Shown here piece after piece: positions 37,190-43,956 of a DNA stretch of 64,000 nt. Source of the stretch: a candidate division WOR-3 bacterium (GTDB taxonomy: Bacteria; Hydrothermota; Tepidihabitantia; Tepidihabitantales; Tepidihabitantaceae); NCBI GenBank assembly GCA_965649205.1, contig CBFGJV010000005.1:12506-76505 (forward strand). The letters run 5' to 3'. The first letter of the stretch is position 1; every line of letters begins with the position of its first letter. The notes below the pieces were generated by a model, which was not told the origin of the DNA, did not search any database, and saw only the letters and a program-made list of their open reading frames with translations. A program made the position numbers and the translations under genes.

Positions 37190-37615
37190 CGGTTAGGAGT
37201 TTTTCCGACCTTATCGGGCAGAGGTGGAGTTTTTTCGAGAAGGCGGTCTCGTAAGTGAAGTTTTTCCGTATGGGGGTCGCTCAGGGGGCTGCTCGGTAGG
37301 TGGTTGGGGGAGCGGTTCCGGGGGTAGGCTACTGGGCCGGGGGGTGGACCGGGAAGCCGGTCGGTGGGCAGGCAGTTCTCCAAGCCGCGGGGACGGCTGG
37401 TCAGATGGCCGGATGATAGGCAGTTCTCCCTCTTGGCTGGGGATAGGTTCGGTCAGGAGGTCGGCAGGCCGCTGACAGGGCTGGTGGGGAAGTCTATTAC
37501 CGAGCCGGTCGGTGAGGGGTTTACCGGGTTATTCAGGAAGTTGCCAGGGGGACGGATTGGAGAGCAGGTCGGCAGTCAGAATCCTGCTGATGTAGGTTAG
37601 GGAAACATAAGAGGT
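37190..37615. repeat. G-skewed, degenerately repetitive non-coding block
   Basis: Hand count over 37261-37560 gives 135 G versus 61 C on the + strand. Five G-tracts of at least 5 nt lie within 37272-37344. (G/A)AGTTTTT(T/C)CG occurs three times at ~30-nt spacing (37198, 37228, 37259). The exact 12-mers AGCCGGTCGGTG and AGGCAGTTCTCC each occur twice, and GGTCGG occurs four times. Confidence 0.6.
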
Positions 37616-37628
37616 TACAAACTGAAGC

Positions 37629-39023
37629 TTAGCCAGCTACTTGGAGGTTGCCGAAACGGATTGCATAGGGGCCGCGGTAGGACTGATAGACTTGAGTTTC
37701 TTTGGAGTAACGGGCATCGGCCAGAGTCTCAAACCAGTTGCCCACCAGCAGGCCGCCTTTGAAAGGCACGGGTTTGCCGTTCTGGTACTTTTCGCCCAGC
37801 CTGATTTCTACGGCGAATTGGCCGGAGGTCTGATTTACCGAAAAGGAGGAGAACGCTCTGATTACCACGCAGTTATCTGAAACCAGTTCTGCCATAGGGG
37901 TGCTGCCGGCGGGTATTACCGTTTCTCCCAGCTGGCCGGGCGCAGGAATGCCGGCGTCCAATAGTCCTAGATAGTGGTAATAGCGCCTCGCGCCTAGGAG
38001 TCCTTCGTAGCGGCCGTTCTTGACAACGGTTACCGGCCGGCAGGGAGTAGCGTCTGATTCGGCAAGCCGGGCACTGCGCAGACCGAAAGGAACCAGCGGG
38101 TCTGATACCAGATTCAAGGCTTCTCCCAGCAGGGGTTTCTCGCCCCAGACCGGTTTCCCTTTTTCATATTGACTGGCTTTTTCGTATACCATGCGAGCAT
38201 TGGCGTGAAATGCCAGAGGTGTGTTCTGCAGAGAAAGGAAATCAGCAGCCGCTTCGCCGGCGAGCACTACCGGGCCCTGCCAACGAGAAGGAGGTGAAGC
38301 AAGAGCGATATTGCGGGCCGCACTGGCATACTCTGTCACTATAGTTGCCGGATTCAGGTCGGAAAACCGGCGGCAGGAGAGCCGGGCGGTATGTTCGCCT
38401 ACCCGGTCTTCTGCCGGGCGGCCCAGGAAGCATATCTCTATGTCAATTCGGGTGACCGGATACACGAGGTTCAGACCAGTTGAGCTGAGTACTTGTACCC
38501 GAGTGCGTTGGATGAACGTTTCCAGGTTGGAGACCGTAACGTCTGGCTGAGGGGCAGTCGCAGCTACAATCTGGTCGTTGAATTTCTGGGCAAGGTTAAG
38601 AAGGGCTTTGTGGTCAAGTCCGGCGAGTTGGGGGTCGGCCAGTTCTACTTCGGGGTAGGATTCGTCCTTGCCTGGCAGGGGAAAGGGCTGGTTGCGTTGA
38701 CTGCGAGCCGCAGCGACCAAGTTGTCTACTACTGTTTTGAGAGAGGTTTCCTCGTCAGAGATGAACTGGCCAGAGGCATCGCCCAGCCAAACTGAGCCAT
38801 CTACCTCGAACCGGGAGTAGATGGTAACGCCCACTGTTTCCGCAGGAGAAGAGATAACTTCTCGGGGATGGGGATTGGCATGGGGCACAAAACGACCTGA
38901 TTCCACTGTGTATATCTTTGGCAGGCGGATGACGGTCATGGCGTCTGTCTCTCGGCTCGTGAGTATCCAGTCAGTGATGCCTTCAGCTTTTTCCAAATAG
39001 GCCTTTATGCGTTCCAGATTCAT
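37629..39023 (-). CDS. pmbA: PmbA/TldE-family metallopeptidase partner subunit
   Basis: TldD/PmbA-fold length and layout without an HExxxH motif, sitting directly downstream of tldD. The start was set to ATG 39023 (AAGGAG 7 nt upstream) rather than 39059. Confidence 0.75.
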   Translation of the reverse strand: MNLERIKAYLEKAEGITDWILTSRETDAMTVIRLPKIYTVESGRFVPHANPHPREVISSPAETVGVTIYSRFEVDGSVWLGDASGQFISDEETSLKTVVDNLVAAARSQRNQPFPLPGKDESYPEVELADPQLAGLDHKALLNLAQKFNDQIVAATAPQPDVTVSNLETFIQRTRVQVLSSTGLNLVYPVTRIDIEICFLGRPAEDRVGEHTARLSCRRFSDLNPATIVTEYASAARNIALASPPSRWQGPVVLAGEAAADFLSLQNTPLAFHANARMVYEKASQYEKGKPVWGEKPLLGEALNLVSDPLVPFGLRSARLAESDATPCRPVTVVKNGRYEGLLGARRYYHYLGLLDAGIPAPGQLGETVIPAGSTPMAELVSDNCVVIRAFSSFSVNQTSGQFAVEIRLGEKYQNGKPVPFKGGLLVGNWFETLADARYSKETQVYQSYRGPYAIRFGNLQVAG

Positions 39024-39104
39024 AGGTGTTCTCCTTCTATCTGCGCGGGGCCAGTCCAACAGGGTGGAAATGTCGCTTCCAACTTTCGTGTTGCCCGCAT
39101 AGTT

Positions 39105-40538
39105 TTACCCCAGTTTCAGGCGGCAGCGAATATAGGGACCGCCGCTGGCATTACGCACCCATTCCTTGTGACCTTTGCCGCAGGTACCGGCTGAGGTGGT
39201 ATCTAACTCGGTACCTACTGCGTCTACGCTGCCCAGTACGTCTGGCACGTATCCTGTGACGCCTATCTGATAGTAGCGCCGGCCGGTGAGCTTGCCCGAC
39301 TTTATTTCATGGCCGTGTAGGACCTGGAGCTGAACGCCCCAGCCAAGCGGGTCTTCCATACCAGAGGTCATACGTTCCAGAAGTACGCCGTTCTCGGTGG
39401 CGGCAATCATTTCGTCCCTGGTCAGGCCGCCTGCTTCCCGGGGACGAGGCAGGAAATAGGTACAGGTCATCCGGGCATAGATGGGGTGACTCCAGCTTTC
39501 CAACCGACCAGATGCAGACTGTTTCAGTCCCGGCAGCCGGTCTTTCATCATCAGGTAAGAATAGCGGTCACACATCATAGTAGGTTGCAGGATGCCGTCC
39601 CTGACTAGAACGACAGGTTCTTCGGCTAAGACTCCGTCGTCGGAGAAAAAGACAGAGCCATTGGTGCCAGGTCGGCCCGGTTCATCTACTATGTTCACCA
39701 GTTCCGAACCGACGCGCTTGCCGATGAAGAGCAGGGCCCGGGCGGCACCGCGCATCATCGTGTCCAGCTCGCAACCGTGGCCAAACGACTCGTGGGCCAG
39801 CGTGCCGGCCACATCTGGTGCCAGAATGCAGTGGTATTCGCCCGGTTCGAGAGGTACCGCCTGCAGGCAGGCAACAGTTTCGTCAGCCACCTGGTGGGCC
39901 CAGGTGGCATCGGTTGTTGCCAGTGTTTCCCAGCCGGTACCATACAGGTGGCCATAGTTCTGTACCTGTTTTGTTCCGTCTGTAGCTATGGCTACAGCAA
40001 AGAGAATGGTGCGGGTAATCTCGCTGGAGAGAAGTTTGGTTCCGTCGGCAAAAAGTCGGTATTCCCTGTCTGTCTGCAGTGCTACCTGAGACATGGCGAT
40101 ACGTTTGTCTCTGGTGGCTAGCGCCTGAAACAGTCTGCCGCACAGTTCCTGACGTTCGGGAGTTGAAATCAGCAGCGGGTCTTTTTCGTATAGCGTGCGG
40201 AAGTGGCGGTCCATTTGCATACCGGGGTCCGGAACCGGGCCTGGTTTTAGAGACAAGGAATTGGCCAGACCCTGAGCCAGTCTGATCAGATAAGTACGGT
40301 CCTGCAGACGGTTGGTGGCGACAGAATGAAAGGTGGCTCCGTCCCAGGCAGTTATTCTGATGCCCGGGTCTGGAGGTGTAGGCACTACCTTTTCTTCACT
40401 TCTGGACTTGGCTACAGACATCCCTCCCCGGCGCGTGACAAGCGCATAAGCATAAGGCGCCTTCTTTTTCAGTTCTGCTACCAGTTCGGGAAGAAATCCG
40501 CGCAGATTTTCTAGTTCTGGAGGCAGGTCACAGTTCAT
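39105..40538 (-). CDS. tldD: TldD-family zinc metallopeptidase
   Basis: 477 aa with the TldD-type motif LAHESFGHGCE (HExxxH) and a conserved Gly-rich C-terminal region. Confidence 0.85.
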   Translation of the reverse strand: MNCDLPPELENLRGFLPELVAELKKKAPYAYALVTRRGGMSVAKSRSEEKVVPTPPDPGIRITAWDGATFHSVATNRLQDRTYLIRLAQGLANSLSLKPGPVPDPGMQMDRHFRTLYEKDPLLISTPERQELCGRLFQALATRDKRIAMSQVALQTDREYRLFADGTKLLSSEITRTILFAVAIATDGTKQVQNYGHLYGTGWETLATTDATWAHQVADETVACLQAVPLEPGEYHCILAPDVAGTLAHESFGHGCELDTMMRGAARALLFIGKRVGSELVNIVDEPGRPGTNGSVFFSDDGVLAEEPVVLVRDGILQPTMMCDRYSYLMMKDRLPGLKQSASGRLESWSHPIYARMTCTYFLPRPREAGGLTRDEMIAATENGVLLERMTSGMEDPLGWGVQLQVLHGHEIKSGKLTGRRYYQIGVTGYVPDVLGSVDAVGTELDTTSAGTCGKGHKEWVRNASGGPYIRCRLKLG

Positions 40539-40568
40539 GTGTTTCCTTTCCTGAAGAAGTTGGGAGTG

Positions 40569-41678
40569 TCAGACAAGAAGACACCCTTTTTTCTCATACT
40601 CCTGAAACAGTTTGCCCCAAGGGGTTTCCTTACGCCAGCGTTCGTACACTTTTTTGTAGCGCAGGGGCCACTGGATGACGTCATGATTTACCGCCGACAC
40701 GAGAATGGGGAAGAATACCAGAGGCGGCCGCAGAATCAGTTTCTGGAGGAATTTGGTCGGGCCGTACCAGGAAAGCCAGCCGAGAAAGCGATGGAAGTTG
40801 TATCCCACATCAAATCCCCAGTTTTCACCCGATACGTCGTCGCCTACGAGTTCAATCTCCTTTGGATCGCCCACGCCCAGGCCGCGTTCGTGCGCCAGAC
40901 GGATGTAAGGTATAGACATAGGGTCAAAGCCCATGAGCTTGGCGGCAATAGCGTCGATAGCCGTCTGGTCACCAGAGGCGAGGATGATATTCTTTACCAC
41001 TGGCGTCATCGTGCGCGGGCCCGGGCCGTTGCCGGCAGTGGTCCCGTCCATCACGGCAAAGAGGCCAGTGTGTATCTCCTTCTGGATGGCGAGCAGGTCC
41101 ACCAGGGTTTCATGAATCCAAGTGTGCGTGTAATGACGGTTTGTGGACAAGAGTCCGCCGAAGGCATTTTTCATGGCGCCAGTGGTGGTGGTGTAGATGT
41201 GGCATTTCACGGTAGGCAGATGCACTATGTTCTTACCGAAAAAATAGTCAGGCAGGCGCAGGCCTTTGGGGTAAACTTTATGCAGCGCAAGCAGTTCTGT
41301 TTTTGGTTCGTACGGAACCCACTTTATGTCTTCTTCCTTGAAGTTATAAAGAACCCGCAGGTTGCATTTGCGGAATATGGCAACGTAGCGGTTCAGGTCC
41401 TCGCCCTTGTGGGTATCAATGACTACGGTCTTGTTCTGGACCACCGTCAAGTCTGTATATCCCAAGTCACGCAAGCCCAGTACGGTGCCTTCCAGCTGCC
41501 AGGGTGTAGTGTTAGCAGAAGGCATGGGGAAATGCCAGGATATATTGTCCTTGAGGATAGTGGTTTTACCAGGGGCCAGAAATTGGTCGGCTCCAGCCAG
41601 ACGGATAAGTCGGCGGTAGTCGTCCAGGACCGTTTCCGGCCTGGTTCGGAGAACAGCAACACGCGCGCGGCTACTCAC
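40569..41678 (-). CDS. DUF362-domain protein
   Basis: TILKDNISW..., HIYTTTTGAMKNAFGGLL, VMDGTTAGNGPGP and ASGDQTAIDAIAAKLMGFDP follow the DUF362 pattern. The 381-aa ORF on the opposite strand is a shadow ORF. Confidence 0.7.
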   Translation of the reverse strand: MSSRARVAVLRTRPETVLDDYRRLIRLAGADQFLAPGKTTILKDNISWHFPMPSANTTPWQLEGTVLGLRDLGYTDLTVVQNKTVVIDTHKGEDLNRYVAIFRKCNLRVLYNFKEEDIKWVPYEPKTELLALHKVYPKGLRLPDYFFGKNIVHLPTVKCHIYTTTTGAMKNAFGGLLSTNRHYTHTWIHETLVDLLAIQKEIHTGLFAVMDGTTAGNGPGPRTMTPVVKNIILASGDQTAIDAIAAKLMGFDPMSIPYIRLAHERGLGVGDPKEIELVGDDVSGENWGFDVGYNFHRFLGWLSWYGPTKFLQKLILRPPLVFFPILVSAVNHDVIQWPLRYKKVYERWRKETPWGKLFQEYEKKGCLLV

Positions 41679-41686
41679 AACTAGTA

Positions 41687-41714
41687 ATTATAGCACAGAC
41701 AAGAATAACTGCAA
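41687..41714 (-). promoter_or_regulatory. Promoter of the DUF362-tldD-pmbA operon, leaderless geometry
   Basis: The minus strand reads TTGCAG (41714-41709), a 16-nt spacer, TATAAT (41692-41687), then 8 nt and GTG (41678). Confidence 0.45.
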
Positions 41715-41763
41715 TTGTCCATAATGCACCTACAGACAGAGCCTGCAATCTGCGGTTCCGGGT

Positions 41764-41791
41764 TTGACAGAAGGGCAGATGTGTATAATGT
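41764..41791 (+). promoter_or_regulatory. Promoter of the beta-CA-like gene, leaderless geometry
   Basis: TTGACA (41764-41769), 14 nt, TATAAT (41784-41789), 8 nt, ATG 41798. An alternative reading is a 16-nt spacer, TAATGT (41786-41791), 6 nt, ATG. Confidence 0.45.
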
Positions 41792-41797
41792 TCGCTT

Positions 41798-42181
41798 ATG
41801 AGTAGAGCCAGATTTGCAACTGCTATTAACTGTATGGACGGCAGAACGCAGCTGCCTGTTATTGAGTGGATGTTGGCCAATTGCGGAGTAGATTATGTGG
41901 ACAATGTCACGGAGCCAGGTCCGGTGAAGATACTGGCGGAGGCCGGCGACAGTTCTCCGGCAAAGGCCATAATGGGTCGAGTGGCTATTTCGGTAGAGAA
42001 GCACTGTTCGGACAAGGTTGCGGTGGTGGCACACTACGACTGTGCGGGAAATCCGGAGCCGAAGTCAGTGCAGATGCGTCAGCTGAGTTCCGCTTTGAAT
42101 ACTGTGAAGAGCTGGAATTTTCCGGTTGAGGTCATCGGTCTGTGGGTGGATGAGAACTGGCAGGTACACAGAGTAATATAG
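41798..42181 (+). CDS. Small protein with beta-carbonic-anhydrase-like zinc-ligand motifs
   Basis: 127 aa. NCMDGR matches the CxDxR motif, and VVAHYDCAGN matches the HxxC motif ~67 residues later. This is about half the length of canonical beta-CAs. Confidence 0.35.
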   Translation: MSRARFATAINCMDGRTQLPVIEWMLANCGVDYVDNVTEPGPVKILAEAGDSSPAKAIMGRVAISVEKHCSDKVAVVAHYDCAGNPEPKSVQMRQLSSALNTVKSWNFPVEVIGLWVDENWQVHRVI

Positions 42182-42247
42182 CTTTGTCGTATCTAGCAAG
42201 GGGTTGGATAGTCGTTACCTGCCAAATAGGAGGCGGCGCAAGCTGGT

Positions 42248-42275
42248 TTGACAGGAATTGACCCCGTAATACAAT
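42248..42275 (+). promoter_or_regulatory. Near-consensus sigma70 promoter of purN, leaderless geometry
   Basis: TTGACA (42248-42253), a 16-nt spacer, TACAAT (42270-42275), 7 nt, ATG 42283. No SD motif. Confidence 0.55.
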
Positions 42276-42282
42276 TTACCTC

Positions 42283-42900
42283 ATGACGCCCACAGTAATC
42301 GGAGTGTTGGCTTCAGGACGCGGGAGTAATTTCGAGGCTCTGGCCAGAAACTTCCGGAATGGAACTACTGGCGGGCTGGTCAGAGTAGTCATTGCCAATG
42401 TGCCTGACGCTGCGGTGCTGGAGCGAGCCAAAGCTCTGGGCGTAGAGGGAAAACTCATTGACCACAAAACATTTGCTTCGCGGGCGGATTTCGAGCGGGC
42501 ATTGATTGAAGAGCTGGAAAAATACAATGTGGGACTGGTGTGTTTAGCCGGTTTTATGCGTATTCTTTCTCCGGTGTTCGTGAATCACTTTGCCGGAAGG
42601 ATTATGAACATACACCCATCTTTACTTCCGGCATTTGCCGGCCTGCAGGGAATGGATGTGCATCGGGCCGTGCTGGAATCGGGCGCCCAGTTTACCGGCT
42701 GTACGGTGCATTTCGTAAATGAGCATGTTGACGCCGGACCTATCATACTGCAGAGAGTTGTACCGGTGTTAGACGATGATACGGTGGAAACTCTGGCTGC
42801 GCGGGTTCTGGCAGAAGAACATCAGGCCTATCCGGAAGCGGTGAAGTTGTTCTGCCAGAACAGGCTGCAGATTCAAGGTCGCCGGGTGAAAATCATCTAG
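42283..42900 (+). CDS. purN: Phosphoribosylglycinamide formyltransferase
   Basis: GVLASGRGSNFEAL, NIHPSLLPAFAG and the GCTVHFV...DAGPII motifs. 205 aa. Confidence 0.93.
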   Translation: MTPTVIGVLASGRGSNFEALARNFRNGTTGGLVRVVIANVPDAAVLERAKALGVEGKLIDHKTFASRADFERALIEELEKYNVGLVCLAGFMRILSPVFVNHFAGRIMNIHPSLLPAFAGLQGMDVHRAVLESGAQFTGCTVHFVNEHVDAGPIILQRVVPVLDDDTVETLAARVLAEEHQAYPEAVKLFCQNRLQIQGRRVKII

Positions 42901-42908
42901 GTGCGCAG

Positions 42909-43943
42909 ATGCCGATACGGGTAGCGATTGTGGGTTGCGGTACGCAGGCGCAGGTGGCGCACATACCGGCTCTGAAACAGAACCGGAATGTGGAAATAGT
43001 GGCCCTTTGTGATACGGATGTGCGCAAGCTCAACCACCTCTGTTCCCTGTACAATGTTCCCCGCCACTATGTGGATTTCGACGATTTGAAGAACGACGAA
43101 GATATTGATGCGGTGGTGATTGCCACGCCCAATTACCTGCATGCCCCTATGGCCATAGCGGCTATGCGATACGGCAAGGACGTGCTGTGCGAAACGCCGC
43201 TGGGTCTGAATGCGGCAGAGGCGCGGGCTATGATTCAGACAGCGGAAGAAGAGGGTCGCTATCTAATGCCCTGTCTTAACACCAGACTCCGGCCTGACGT
43301 GCAGACTATCCGCAAGTTTATCAATGGCGGAGAATTAGGCCAGCTGTATTATTGCAAGACCGGCTGGCTGCAGGGTCGCAGTTCCTGGTCCATGGGGGGC
43401 TGGCGTGAGCAACGGCTCCGGTCAGGAGGGGGAGCTTTCCTTTCTTTGGGTACTGCGCTGTTGGATTTTGGCCTCTGGCTACTTGCCCCTGCGCGGCCGT
43501 TGTCTGTTGTCGGCGTGTCGCATCGCCGTATGCCCCACATGGAAGTTGAGGATACCGCGTTTGCCATGATTCGGCTTGCCAATGACATACTTCTGACCCT
43601 GGAGGTGGGCTGGAGCATGTTGATGGATAGAGATTTCACCTATTTCAACGCCTTTGGTACCAGCGGCGCAGCGTTGCTGAATCCTATTCAGATTCATAAA
43701 GAGATGCACGGACATCTGGTCAACGTGACACCAACCGTGTCCACCAAGGGCATACAACGTGCCTCATATCGCATGTTGATTGATATTTGGGTAGATTCAT
43801 TGGTGCGGCGGGTGCCACCGGCCATACCGGCCACCGAGGGTCTGCTCATAAATCAGATTGCCGATGCGTTCTACGAATCCTGCGCAACCCGGGTTGAGGT
43901 AAAGCTGCCCGTGGAACAGCAGGAAAGACAGCAAAACCAGTGA
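42909..43943 (+). CDS. Gfo/Idh/MocA-family NAD(P)-dependent oxidoreductase
   Basis: N-terminal Rossmann motif IRVAIVGCGTQAQVAHIPAL, the ATPNYLHAPMA motif and the EKP-like CETPL motif. Confidence 0.85.
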   Translation: MPIRVAIVGCGTQAQVAHIPALKQNRNVEIVALCDTDVRKLNHLCSLYNVPRHYVDFDDLKNDEDIDAVVIATPNYLHAPMAIAAMRYGKDVLCETPLGLNAAEARAMIQTAEEEGRYLMPCLNTRLRPDVQTIRKFINGGELGQLYYCKTGWLQGRSSWSMGGWREQRLRSGGGAFLSLGTALLDFGLWLLAPARPLSVVGVSHRRMPHMEVEDTAFAMIRLANDILLTLEVGWSMLMDRDFTYFNAFGTSGAALLNPIQIHKEMHGHLVNVTPTVSTKGIQRASYRMLIDIWVDSLVRRVPPAIPATEGLLINQIADAFYESCATRVEVKLPVEQQERQQNQ

Positions 43944-43956
43944 ACGCCGGCTCTGG

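Noticed and set aside
37190-37615. Possible CRISPR array or microcin-like Gly-rich precursor genes (ORFs 37224-37475 and 37364-37600) next to tldD/pmbA
   Set aside because: The repeats are short, degenerate and irregularly spaced, with no unique spacers of uniform length and no cas genes, so this is not a CRISPR array. The ORFs lack RBS or promoter signals, overlap each other in different frames, and open frames are expected by chance in stop-codon-poor G-rich DNA. The region is kept as a compositional/repeat finding only.
40539-41684. 381-aa ORF on the + strand
   Set aside because: It is exactly antisense to the DUF362 gene, whose translation has clear family motifs. The product is low-complexity and Arg/Gly/Val-rich, as expected of a shadow frame in GC-rich DNA.
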